From the NCBI GenBank assembly GCA_965140785.1, contig OZ223485.1, positions 1 through 40,860 of the forward strand: a stretch of DNA of 40,860 nt, read 5' to 3'. The notes beneath the pieces were generated by a model. It searched no databases, was not told the DNA's origin, and saw nothing but the letters and a program-made list of their open reading frames with translations. Position 1 is the first letter of the stretch. Every line of letters begins with the position of its first letter. The DNA is from an uncultured Ruficoccus sp. (GTDB lineage: Bacteria; Verrucomicrobiota; Verrucomicrobiia; Opitutales; Cerasicoccaceae). Both the position numbers and the translations under genes were made by a program. Positions 29,354-38,098 of the stretch are shown one piece after another.

Positions 29354-30670
29354 ATGCCGGAACAGGGGGAGGTGGATAAAGCAGAGGGTGGAGATCCCGT
29401 ATCGAGCTTTTCAAAAAACCTCCGTTCGCTTCTGAGTTGGCGCTTCTGGGTGGCTGCGCTGGTGGCAGCTGTGGCCTGCGGGGCGCTCGGGGCGTTCTTT
29501 ACCCTGATCCTAAAGGGCGCCGAGCACTTGGCCTTCGGTTTTTCGACTGGGTCCTTCGCCGAAGCGATCACGAAGATCCCGGCTCACCACCGCTTTTTCA
29601 CCGTGTGCGTGGCCGGCCTGCTGGTGGCGCTCGCCTGGTACCTGCTGCGCCGGTTCGGCCCGCCTGTCCCCTCCGTGGGCCAGCTCTATCGCGGCAAGAA
29701 AATCCGCTACGGCTGGATGGCCGCCGACACTACGCTTCAGGTGCTCAATGTCGCCTTCGGTGGCTCTATCGGCCGTGAGGGGGCGCCGCGGCAGGCGGGC
29801 GCGCTCGCCGTGGCGGATGCCGCCTCTTTTCTTGGGTTGAGCGAAGCCCAGTGCCGGGTACTGACCGCCTGCGCCGCCGGAGCCGCGCTGGCCGCCCTCT
29901 ATAACGTGCCGGTCGGCGGAACGTTCTTCGCGCTCGAGGTCGTGATCGGCTTTGGCGCCCTGTGGGCGGCGAAAAGGACGGGCCTCTTGATCGTCGTTAT
30001 CGCGCTGGCGATTTCGTTGGCCGCAACCCTCATCGCCCGTGTCGTTGTCCCGGCCGGAGCGGCCTATGGGGTGCCGCCGCAGACGGAGGCGTTTAATCTG
30101 TTAGGGGTGGCCCTGCTGATTGGCCCGCTGGTCGGCGCGGCGGGGTATTTTTTCGGGCTGGCGGTGGAGCGGACGGCGGCACGCGCCCCGCAGGGGCGGC
30201 AAATCCTCTGGACGATGCCGGTATGCTACCTGCTGCTGGCCGCGCTGGCGGTGCCCTTTCCGCTCATTCTGGGCAACGGGCACGCGCTGGCGGAGAACCT
30301 GATCCACAACCAGGTACCGCTCATCATGGCCGCCCTGCTGATCTTCGCCAAGCCTGTGGCCACGCTGCTGACCGTCCGCGCCGGAGCCACCGGCGGGAAG
30401 CTCACGCCCTCCCTGTCCACGGGCGCTGTGATCGGAACGGTGATCGCGGCGGGGTGCTCGGCGCTTTTCCCCGTCCACGCCGGAATGGTGGCCGTGCTGG
30501 GGGCGTGCGCGTTTTTGGCCGGTGCCATGCGCGCGCCCATCACCGCGGGCGTACTCGTGATCGAGATGACCGGGGTCGGCCCTTCGGTGTGGCCCCTGGT
30601 GGCGTTGGCCGTGGCCGGATCAAAGGCCGCCGAGCTCGCCTTGTCGCACTGGAAAGGCAAACCGCGTTAA
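29354..30670 (+). CDS. ClC-family chloride/anion transport protein
   Basis: GGSIGREGAP, ACAAGAALAALYNVPVGG, ILGNG, GATGGKLTPSL, MRAPITA..IEMTG; start uncertain (29324-29354). Confidence 0.88.
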   Translation: MPEQGEVDKAEGGDPVSSFSKNLRSLLSWRFWVAALVAAVACGALGAFFTLILKGAEHLAFGFSTGSFAEAITKIPAHHRFFTVCVAGLLVALAWYLLRRFGPPVPSVGQLYRGKKIRYGWMAADTTLQVLNVAFGGSIGREGAPRQAGALAVADAASFLGLSEAQCRVLTACAAGAALAALYNVPVGGTFFALEVVIGFGALWAAKRTGLLIVVIALAISLAATLIARVVVPAGAAYGVPPQTEAFNLLGVALLIGPLVGAAGYFFGLAVERTAARAPQGRQILWTMPVCYLLLAALAVPFPLILGNGHALAENLIHNQVPLIMAALLIFAKPVATLLTVRAGATGGKLTPSLSTGAVIGTVIAAGCSALFPVHAGMVAVLGACAFLAGAMRAPITAGVLVIEMTGVGPSVWPLVALAVAGSKAAELALSHWKGKPR

Positions 30671-30712
30671 GGCCGTTTAAACAACGTCGTCGCTGATTGT
30701 GTTTTTATATCT

Positions 30713-30782
30713 ATCTACAGAATACACAGATGGGTACGGATATGCCTGAAACAATCTGTGCCCATCTGCGTAATCTGTGGAT
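30713..30782. repeat. Inverted pair of 9-bp-periodic arms with 12-bp spacer
   Basis: ATCTACAGAATACACAGATGGGTACGGAT (30713-41) versus ATCTGTGCCCATCTGCGTAATCTGTGGAT (30754-82): 24/29 inverted match. Confidence 0.75.
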
Positions 30783-30961
30783 GCAACATTTCTTAAGTTT
30801 TTCCTGCGGTGAGCTGGCGAACTCAAGTCTTGTCGGTGCGGGTTGGTTGCGTCGCAGCCGTGCTTGTTGTTGCGTAACGATGCACAAAAAAACGTGTAGT
30901 TGATTTACAACTACACGCTCTTATTGGGTGAAAACCGGTGCGCTGCCGGATGCCGAACGCT

Positions 30962-33622
30962 TTACTGGATCAGGCCTTTTAGGACCTCGTCCAGCTTATC
31001 GGGGTCCTTGCCGCCGCCCATGGCAAAGTCTGGCTTGCCGCCGCCTTTGCCACCGAGCTGGGCGGTTAGCTCTCGCACGATGTCGCCGGCCTTATGGCCT
31101 TTTTTGATCGCGGCGGGCGAGCAGGTGGCCAGCACCGTCACTTTGCCGCCGAAGTCTCCGCCGAGTGCGACCACGCCCTCGCCGAGTTTCTTCAAGAGGT
31201 CCACGGCGAGCCCGCGCATGTCGTTCGGGTTGGCTACCTTGACGGAAGCGGCGATCCACTTGAGGTCGTCTTTTTCCACCGCTTGCGAGAGCAGGTCTCC
31301 GCCCTGCTGGGCGGCTTGCTTCTGCTCCAGGTTGCGGAGTTTTTTCTCCAGGTCGGAGCGCTGGTCGAGCAGGGCCTGGAGGCGTTCCTCAAGTTCGTCC
31401 GGACGGCAGGAGAGCGTGCGCGAAAGATGGCTCAGCCGGTCGAAATTCCGCGCGGCCAGCTCGACCGCATTGGCGCCGGTGACGGCCTCGATGCGCCGGG
31501 TGCCTGCCGAGATGGCCGACTCCGAGACGATCTTGAACAGGCCCAGCTCGCCGGTGGCGCGCACATGGGTGCCGCCGCAAAGTTCCTTCGAGTAGCCGCC
31601 GATGTCCACCACGCGCACGATGGCCCCGTACTTCTCGCCGAAGACCGAGACGACGTCTTCGGGTTTGTCTTCGAGCGGAATTTCGTACCACTGCACGGTG
31701 TCGTTGGCGATGATCTTGGCGTTGATCATCTCTTCGATCTCGTGGAGTTGCTCCGGGCTCAGCGCCTCGAAGTGGCTGAAGTCAAACCGCAGGTGGCCGG
31801 GGGCGACGAGGGAGCCGGCCTGCCGGATGTGCGAGCCGAGCTGCTCGCGCAGTGCCCAGTCGAGCAGGTGCGTGGCCGAGTGATGCCGCTGTACCTGGCG
31901 GCGGCGCTCGGTGTCCACACTGAGCATAGCGCCCTGGCCGACGAGGGCCTGGTAGTCGCCCTTGGGCGCCTTGTGCAGGACATGTCCGGCGGTATCGGTG
32001 ATCGTATCCAGAATCTCGATACGCGTGTCACCGATTTCGGCGATGCCAGAGTCGCCGACCTGACCGCCCATTTCGGCATAGAAGGGTGTTTGCGCAAAAA
32101 TCAGGTAGCTGGCGTTCTCGTCTTCGAAGGTGCCGACCAGCGTGGTCTCCACGCCGGTGACCTCGCGGCAGTCGTAGCCGACGAACTGGGTGGAGTGGAT
32201 TTTCTCGCCCTCTTCGAAGACCGAGATGATGTCCTTCTTCTGCGCGGCGCGGGCGCGCTGGCGCTGCTTCTCCATCTCCGACTCGAAGCCCGCGCTATCG
32301 ACGGACAGGCCGCGCTCGCGCGCGATGATCTGCGTCAAATCAAGCGGGAAGCCGTAGGTGTCGTAGAGGATGAACGCCTGCTCGCCGGTGATGCCGGTGC
32401 CGTCGAGGGTGAACTTGTCAAAGAGCTGGAGGCCGCGGTCGAGCGTACGCTCAAAGGCCTGCTCCTCCTGCCGGATGACTTTTAAAATAACCTCGTGCTG
32501 CTCGGCCAGTTCGGGGAAGACGGGCGACATTTTTTTGACCAGCGGGCCGACCAGATTGGCGAAAAATCCCTTGGGCAGGTTGATGCGCTTGCCGAACATG
32601 ACGGCGCGGCGCAGGATGCGGCGTAGCACATAGTGGCGTCCTTCGTTGCCGGGCAGGATGCCGTCGGCGATGGAAAAGGACAGGGTGCGGATGTGGTCGG
32701 CCAGCACGCGGAAGATGACGTCGGTCATTTCCTGGCCGGAGAGGTCGTTGCGGTCCTCAGGGACGGTGGCGGTGTAGGTGCGCCCCGAAGCGTCCGAGAT
32801 GTGCCGGAATAAATCGCCGAAGAGATCGCTGTCGTAGTTGCTGGGGGACTTGGAAAAGTCCGTAAAACCCTCGGTGGTGGCGAAGATTCCGGCCACGCGC
32901 TCAAAGCCCATCCCGGTGTCCACGTGCTTGGCCGAGAGCGGCTTGAAGGAGCCGTCGGCCTCGGCGTTGAACTGCATGAAAACGAGGTTCCAGATCTCGA
33001 TGCAGTAGGGGCTGTCGGCGTTGACCAGTTCGCCGTTAGTGTCGCCGTTGGGGGTGAGGTCGATGTGGACCTCCGAGCAGGGGCCGCAGGGGCCGGTGTC
33101 GCCCATCATCCAGAAGTTGTCCTTTTTGCCGCCGGTGCGGATGTGCTTCTTCGGGTCGAGCCCGTCGGCCTCGAAGACGCTCTTCCAGATATCGTAGGCC
33201 TCCTGGTCGAACTCGGAGGGGTCGCCCTCGTCGGGGCGGTAAACGGTGGCGTAGAGCCGGTCCTTGGGCATGCCCCAGACGTAGGTCAGCAGCTCCCAGG
33301 CCCACTCGATGGCCTCGCGCTTGAAGTAGTCGCCGAACGACCAGTTCCCCAGCATCTCGAAGAAGGTGTGATGGTACGTGTCGAAGCCAACGTCTTCGAG
33401 GTCGTTGTGCTTGCCCCCGGCGCGGATGCACTTCTGCGTGTCGCAGGCGCGGGAGTAGGGGGCCTTCTGCTCGCCCAGAAAATACGGGACGAACTGGTTC
33501 ATCCCCGCATTGGTGAAGAGCAGGTTGGGCGAGCTCGGCATCAGCGGAGCCGAGGACACGACCGTGTGCTCCTTCGAGGCGAAGAAGTCCAGAAAGCTCT
33601 GACGAAGTTCAGCGGAGGTCAT
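30962..33622 (-). CDS. alaS: Alanine--tRNA ligase
   Basis: LLFTNAGMNQF, QKCIRAGGKHNDL, HHTFFEMLGNWSFGDYFK, GPCGPCSE, VDTGMGFER, DHIRT, LYDTYGFP, editing motifs HHSATHLL and ELCGGTH, GGKGGGKPDFAMGGG. Confidence 0.98.
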   Translation of the reverse strand: MTSAELRQSFLDFFASKEHTVVSSAPLMPSSPNLLFTNAGMNQFVPYFLGEQKAPYSRACDTQKCIRAGGKHNDLEDVGFDTYHHTFFEMLGNWSFGDYFKREAIEWAWELLTYVWGMPKDRLYATVYRPDEGDPSEFDQEAYDIWKSVFEADGLDPKKHIRTGGKKDNFWMMGDTGPCGPCSEVHIDLTPNGDTNGELVNADSPYCIEIWNLVFMQFNAEADGSFKPLSAKHVDTGMGFERVAGIFATTEGFTDFSKSPSNYDSDLFGDLFRHISDASGRTYTATVPEDRNDLSGQEMTDVIFRVLADHIRTLSFSIADGILPGNEGRHYVLRRILRRAVMFGKRINLPKGFFANLVGPLVKKMSPVFPELAEQHEVILKVIRQEEQAFERTLDRGLQLFDKFTLDGTGITGEQAFILYDTYGFPLDLTQIIARERGLSVDSAGFESEMEKQRQRARAAQKKDIISVFEEGEKIHSTQFVGYDCREVTGVETTLVGTFEDENASYLIFAQTPFYAEMGGQVGDSGIAEIGDTRIEILDTITDTAGHVLHKAPKGDYQALVGQGAMLSVDTERRRQVQRHHSATHLLDWALREQLGSHIRQAGSLVAPGHLRFDFSHFEALSPEQLHEIEEMINAKIIANDTVQWYEIPLEDKPEDVVSVFGEKYGAIVRVVDIGGYSKELCGGTHVRATGELGLFKIVSESAISAGTRRIEAVTGANAVELAARNFDRLSHLSRTLSCRPDELEERLQALLDQRSDLEKKLRNLEQKQAAQQGGDLLSQAVEKDDLKWIAASVKVANPNDMRGLAVDLLKKLGEGVVALGGDFGGKVTVLATCSPAAIKKGHKAGDIVRELTAQLGGKGGGKPDFAMGGGKDPDKLDEVLKGLIQ

Positions 33623-33639
33623 GGGAATGGGTGTTGGGA

Positions 33640-34115
33640 TTAACCACAGAGGGCACAGAGAACACAGAGAGGGGAAAAGAGGCTATTTTTGAGGAAACTT
33701 TAAGAAAAACCATGTTTCATCTGAAAACTTAAGTCCCAACTCTTTTCTTAAGCCGTCTCTGAGGGAATTTAATAGAGGAACAGATTGGGTGCCCCCTTTA
33801 TTGGCAATATCATGAGCAGCTTCTCGTGCTAATTTAACCTGATCGACGGAGCCAAAAACTTGTATGTCCGTAAGTGCTTGCTGAACATCATCCGCCAATC
33901 CAGGGACGAATCCAGATGCATTTGCATATCTTGCCAGGGTTCTGTACACGGTAATGAGATAATTTATTCGCTGCTCTCTTCTCTTGCTTTCTCGATCTCG
34001 CCAGGCAGCTAACTGATGCGAAGCAACCAAACTCAATATACCGAATACGGCAGAAATGATGATGGCGTAACCTTCGCTCATGGCTCTCTGTGTTCTCTGT
34101 GCCCTCTGTGGTTAA
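33640..34115. mobile_element. 476-bp cassette-like unit: perfect 32-bp inverted arms enclosing one low-GC gene
   Basis: TTAACCACAGAGGGCACAGAGAACACAGAGAG (33640-71) and its exact reverse complement (34084-34115). Mobility is inferred, not shown. Confidence 0.65.
33683..34081 (-). CDS. Low-GC hypothetical protein with N-terminal membrane anchor
   Basis: 132 aa, TM YAIIISAVFGILSLVA, charged segment RDRESKRREQR, helical C-part LNSLRDGLRKELGL; about 40-45% GC by eye; fills the space between the two arms. Confidence 0.8.
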   Translation of the reverse strand: MSEGYAIIISAVFGILSLVASHQLAAWRDRESKRREQRINYLITVYRTLARYANASGFVPGLADDVQQALTDIQVFGSVDQVKLAREAAHDIANKGGTQSVPLLNSLRDGLRKELGLKFSDETWFFLKFPQK

Positions 34116-34127
34116 AATGAAAGAAGT

Positions 34128-35228
34128 TTATAAACGTTCGACGATGGCGTCGGCCATGGCCTTGGTGCCAACGGGGGTCTTGCCGAAGGCGATGTCGCCG
34201 GTGCGGACGCCGTCCTCGACGGCCTTGCGGATGGCGGCGGAGAGGCGGTCGGCGATGGCGTCGAGGCCGAAGCTGTAGCGCAGCATCATGGCGGCGGAGA
34301 GGACCTGGGCGCAGGGGTTGGCCACGCCCTTGCCGGCGATGTCGGGTGCGGTGCCGCCGGCGGGCTCGTAGAGGCCGTAAGGCAGGCCGACGGAGTTGTT
34401 ACCGGTGCCGAGACTGGCGGAGGACATCATGCCGAGCGAGCCGCAGATGATGGCCATCTCGTCGCTGAGGATGTCGCCGAACATGTTTTCGGTGAAAATG
34501 ACGTCGAACTGGTTCGGGTCGCGCACGAGTTGCTGGGCGGCGTTGTCCACGTAGAGGTGGCTCAGCTCGAGGTCGGGGTGGTTCTTCTTAAAGTACTCGA
34601 CCACGGTCTTGCGCCACAAGACGGAGGTTTCGAGGACGTTGGCCTTGTCCACGGAGCAGACGCGTCCGCCGCGGGCCTTGGCGGTGACGGCGGCGACCTC
34701 GGCGATACGCTCGATTTCGCTGACCTTGTACACCATCGTGTCCACGGCCTGCACGTCGCCGTCGGGGAGGGTGGTCGTTTCCTTGGGCTGGCCGAAGTAA
34801 ATACCGCCGGTCAGCTCGCGGATGCAGACGATGTCGATCCCGTCGGGAATGCTGTCCGGGCGCAGCGGGGAGGCGTCCACCAGCTCCTTGAAGAGGAGGC
34901 CGGGGCGGATGTTGGCGAAAAGATTAAAAGCCTTGCGAATGGGCAGGAGGGCGGCGCGCTCGGGCTGCTCCTTCGGTGGGAGGTTTTCCCACTTGGGGCC
35001 ACCGACGGAGCCGAAGAGGATGGCGTCCGCGTTTCGGCAGACCTCCAGGGTGCTCTCGGGCAGGGCCGTGCCGTGATTATCGATGGCGATCCCGCCGACA
35101 TCGGCGTGGGTAAACTCCAGCGCGAGCCCCTCGGGTTTCGTGGCAGCCTCGAGCACGGCGAGGGTGGCGTCCATCACTTCGGGCCCGATGCCATCGCCGG
35201 GCAGTACCGCAAATTTCAGTGTCTTCAT
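34128..35228 (-). CDS. leuB: 3-isopropylmalate dehydrogenase
   Basis: AVLPGDGIGPEV, FGSVGGPKW, FANIRP, RELTGGIYFG, SVDKANVLE, YVDNAAQQL, NMFGDILSDE, YEPAGGTAPDIAGKGVANP. Start set at MKTLKF rather than the longer ORF-track start. Confidence 0.97.
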   Translation of the reverse strand: MKTLKFAVLPGDGIGPEVMDATLAVLEAATKPEGLALEFTHADVGGIAIDNHGTALPESTLEVCRNADAILFGSVGGPKWENLPPKEQPERAALLPIRKAFNLFANIRPGLLFKELVDASPLRPDSIPDGIDIVCIRELTGGIYFGQPKETTTLPDGDVQAVDTMVYKVSEIERIAEVAAVTAKARGGRVCSVDKANVLETSVLWRKTVVEYFKKNHPDLELSHLYVDNAAQQLVRDPNQFDVIFTENMFGDILSDEMAIICGSLGMMSSASLGTGNNSVGLPYGLYEPAGGTAPDIAGKGVANPCAQVLSAAMMLRYSFGLDAIADRLSAAIRKAVEDGVRTGDIAFGKTPVGTKAMADAIVERL

Positions 35229-35319
35229 GAGCAAAGCGGACCAGTAAAGCGAAGAGGAGGCCGCTTGAAAAGCGTTTTTCCTTTTCTCGGAGCGGTTACG
35301 GGCGTTAATTGAGACCCAT

Positions 35320-35949
35320 ATGCAAATCCGTTCCTTCGAACTGCCGCCCATCGGAACCAACGCCATCCTTTTTGACGACGGGACGCACGCCGTGCTCTTC
35401 GACGCGCCCGCCACCGCCTGGCAGACGATTTTGCCGATTCTGGAGGGGGAAAATCTCACGCTCGACGCGCTTATCCTGACCCACGGGCACTGGGACCACA
35501 TGATCGATACCGCGACCTTCCAAGGGGCGAAAATCCCCGTCTGGGCCCACGAGGGCGATCGCGAATGGATCGAGGACCCGATGCGCCAGGCCGCCTTTCT
35601 GCCGCCCGGCTACGAGATTCCGCCCGCCCGGATCGACCGTTTTCTCGCCGCCGGTGAGCAAGTCGAAATCCTCGGCCAGACCGCCGAAATCCGCCACGTG
35701 CCGGGCCATGCCCCCGGTAACATCGCCATCTACTTCCCCGAGGAGGAGTGCTGTGTGGTTGGGGACGCGATCTTCGCCGGCAGTGTGGGCCGTCCCGACC
35801 TGCCCGGTGGCGACTGGGCCACGCTTGAGCGCTCGATCCGCACCCAGCTCTTCTCCCTGCCGGACTCAACCGTCCTCTATCCCGGCCACGGCCCCATCAC
35901 CAGCGTCGGCCAGGAAAAGAAGACCAACCCCTATGTGAAGTCAGTTTGA
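35320..35949 (+). CDS. MBL-fold metallo-hydrolase (glyoxalase II/YcbL-like)
   Basis: LTHGHWDH, PGHAPG, GDAIFAGSVGRPDLPGG, YPGHGPITSVGQEKKTNPY. Confidence 0.93.
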   Translation: MQIRSFELPPIGTNAILFDDGTHAVLFDAPATAWQTILPILEGENLTLDALILTHGHWDHMIDTATFQGAKIPVWAHEGDREWIEDPMRQAAFLPPGYEIPPARIDRFLAAGEQVEILGQTAEIRHVPGHAPGNIAIYFPEEECCVVGDAIFAGSVGRPDLPGGDWATLERSIRTQLFSLPDSTVLYPGHGPITSVGQEKKTNPYVKSV

Positions 35950-35979
35950 GGATTTGAGAGTTTGAAGGTTTGAAAGTTG
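35944..35979. repeat. Degenerate 8-bp tandem repeat overlapping the MBL stop codon
   Basis: GTTTGAGG-ATTTGAGA-GTTTGAAG-GTTTGAAA-GTTG; reverse complement of the units at 9001 and 20401. Confidence 0.6.
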
Positions 35980-36063
35980 TGGGGGGGAGCCATGACGTCA
36001 CGAAAGAGTGACAAATAATTCTCTCGCCAGCGCCTCGGCTGGCTTCGTAAACCGGTAAGTTCC

Positions 36064-37170
36064 ATGACTACCGATCCGGCCCACACGACGTTTATGCGAC
36101 GCGCCCTTGCCCTGGCCCGTCGCGGCTGGGGTAAAACTCACCCGAACCCGCTGGTGGGGGCGCTGATCGTCGAGGAGGGTAAGATCGTGGCCGAGGGCTG
36201 GCACGAGCAGGCCGGGGAGGCCCACGCCGAGGTGGCGGCCATCCGCGCCCTCGGGCGCGACCCCAAGCCCGGCGCGACACTCTATGTGACGCTGGAGCCG
36301 TGCAGCACGGAGGGGCGCACGCCGCCCTGCACCGAGGCCATCCTGCGGGCCGGGATACTCAAGGTCGTGGTCGGCGCGACCGATCCCAACCCCGATCACG
36401 CGGGTCGCGGACTGGAGCTGTTGCGGGAGCGCGGAGTGGAGGTTGTTTCCGGCATCCTCGCGGCCGACTGCGAGGACTTGAACCTGATTTTTAACCACTG
36501 GATCGTGAACCAGCGCCCGCTGGTCGCGGCCAAGATCGCCTCCACCCTCGACGGCCACACCGCCACCCGCGAGGGCCACTCGAAGTGGATCACCGGCGAG
36601 GAGGCCCGGCGCGACGTCCACCGCTGGCGGCGCTACTTCCCCGCCATCGCCGTGGGCTCGAACACCCTGCGCACCGACAACCCCGCCCTGACCAGCCGCC
36701 TGGAGGAGACCTGGTGCCCGGTTCGCTTCATCTTCGACCGCACCCTGCGCACCGTGCGCGAGCCGCTGCCCCAGGTTTACGGAGACCAGTGGCGGGACCG
36801 CACCATTGTCGTGACCGATTCAGCGGACGCCCCCGGTCGCCTGAAAATGCTCGAAAAGCAGGGCGTCGAGATCTGGCAGATGCGCGCGGCCCGTTTTTTC
36901 GACACTTTTCTGGAAAGATGCACCCAGGCGGGAATCACCGGCGTGTACGTCGAGGGCGGTTCCAGCCTGCTCGGTCTCCTGCTGGAGGAGCACCGGATCG
37001 ATTACCTTTTCGCCTACCGCGCGCCGGTCTTCCTGGCCGACCCGGAGGCCCTGCCCGCCCTGCGTGGGCTTGTTTCTACGACGCTCGATGCTGCCCCCCG
37101 CCTGAAAAACCTACGTCACGCCCTTTATGGGGACGACCAACTCATGCGCGGTCACATCATCTATCCATAA
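36064..37170 (+). CDS. ribD: Bifunctional riboflavin deaminase/reductase
   Basis: THPNPLVGA, HAE, YVTLEPCS..GRTPPC, KIASTLDG, SKWITG, DNPALTSR, VYVEGG. Confidence 0.96.
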   Translation: MTTDPAHTTFMRRALALARRGWGKTHPNPLVGALIVEEGKIVAEGWHEQAGEAHAEVAAIRALGRDPKPGATLYVTLEPCSTEGRTPPCTEAILRAGILKVVVGATDPNPDHAGRGLELLRERGVEVVSGILAADCEDLNLIFNHWIVNQRPLVAAKIASTLDGHTATREGHSKWITGEEARRDVHRWRRYFPAIAVGSNTLRTDNPALTSRLEETWCPVRFIFDRTLRTVREPLPQVYGDQWRDRTIVVTDSADAPGRLKMLEKQGVEIWQMRAARFFDTFLERCTQAGITGVYVEGGSSLLGLLLEEHRIDYLFAYRAPVFLADPEALPALRGLVSTTLDAAPRLKNLRHALYGDDQLMRGHIIYP

Positions 37171-37784
37171 TGTCAAAGAAGCCAACGATCTATATTGCCA
37201 CCGGCAACGCCCACAAAGTCGATGAAATCGCTACCATGCTGGCCGATGCCCAGGTGGCGGTTCAAGTGGAGTCGGCTGCTCCCCTGGGCGGCATGCCCGC
37301 CGTGGAGGAAACCGGCAAGACCTTTGTCGCCAACGCCCGGCTGAAGGCCGCCGCCCTCGCCCCCCAGTTGCCGGAGGGCGACTGGGTGCTGGCCGACGAC
37401 AGCGGCCTCGTGGTGGACATTCTCGGGGGCGCTCCGGGTGTCCGCTCCGCTCGCTATGCCGGCGTCGGGGCCTCGGAGAACGAGAACAACGACCGCCTGA
37501 TGGACGAGCTGGCTATGGTGCCGCGTAACCGCCGCACCGCTCGCTTCATCTGCTGCTTCGTGCTGCGCAACAGCGAGGGCGAGGAACACGTTTTCAACGG
37601 CGAGTGCGCGGGCCGGATCGTTATCCGTCCGCGCGGGCGCAGCGGCTTCGGCTACGATCCGCTTTTCGCCCCCGACGGCTACGACCAGACGCTGGCCGAG
37701 CTGGGTCCGGAGGTGAAAAATCGCCTCAGCCACCGCTCCAAGGCCGTCCAGGAGCTGGTCAATTGGCTCCAGGCGCGCGCGTAG
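37170..37784 (+). CDS. rdgB: Non-canonical purine NTP pyrophosphatase (RdgB/HAM1)
   Basis: ATGNAHK, EETGKTFVANARLKA, LADDSGL, GAPGVRSARYAG, GFGYDPLF, KNRLSHR; TAATG overlap with the ribD stop. Confidence 0.95.
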   Translation: MSKKPTIYIATGNAHKVDEIATMLADAQVAVQVESAAPLGGMPAVEETGKTFVANARLKAAALAPQLPEGDWVLADDSGLVVDILGGAPGVRSARYAGVGASENENNDRLMDELAMVPRNRRTARFICCFVLRNSEGEEHVFNGECAGRIVIRPRGRSGFGYDPLFAPDGYDQTLAELGPEVKNRLSHRSKAVQELVNWLQARA

Positions 37785-37807
37785 CCGGGGCCAGGGCGTG
37801 TTTTTTT

Positions 37808-37943
37808 CTGGGCTTATGCAGCCCAGACCCGCAGCAGACAAAGTCTGCACTTTCGATGCTCGCAGCATCGTGTCGGCGACTGCGTGAACCAGCTTCACTG
37901 CTTCACGCAGTCGCCGAGCGAAAGCATCAAAACTGGGTCGCCA
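37808..37943. repeat. Multi-hairpin structured element, copy 1
   Basis: Four successive hairpins including a perfect 16-bp stem (37873-88/37902-17); homologous to the reverse complement of 39672-39808. Confidence 0.7.
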
Positions 37944-38098
37944 CCTTTTTAGCCTATCGGTTGCCGGGATCACGGCCTTGCTGGCGCCGATGAGGCGGAG
38001 CCCCATTAAGATGTGGAGCATCCAGGGTGCAGGGCATACCCTGCCGCACATTTGGGTTGAGGTTTGGGGGGCGGGGTGGTTTCTTTGTCCCCTTTGCC

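Noticed and set aside
29270..29400. Fluoride riboswitch upstream of the ClC gene
   Set aside because: No GAUGG..CUGAUG/CUAAUG consensus is visible in the leader.
33640..34115. CRISPR array or integron attC cassette
   Set aside because: The repeats are a single inverted pair, not direct repeats with spacers. No attC-type bulged hairpin follows the gene, and there are no cas or intI genes in the window.
35229..35501. 91-aa N-terminal extension of LeuB implied by the ORF track (likewise extensions for rdgB from 36585, metG from 38027 and the OM barrel from 24339)
   Set aside because: Family homology begins at the downstream ATG, and most of the extensions overlap neighbouring genes.
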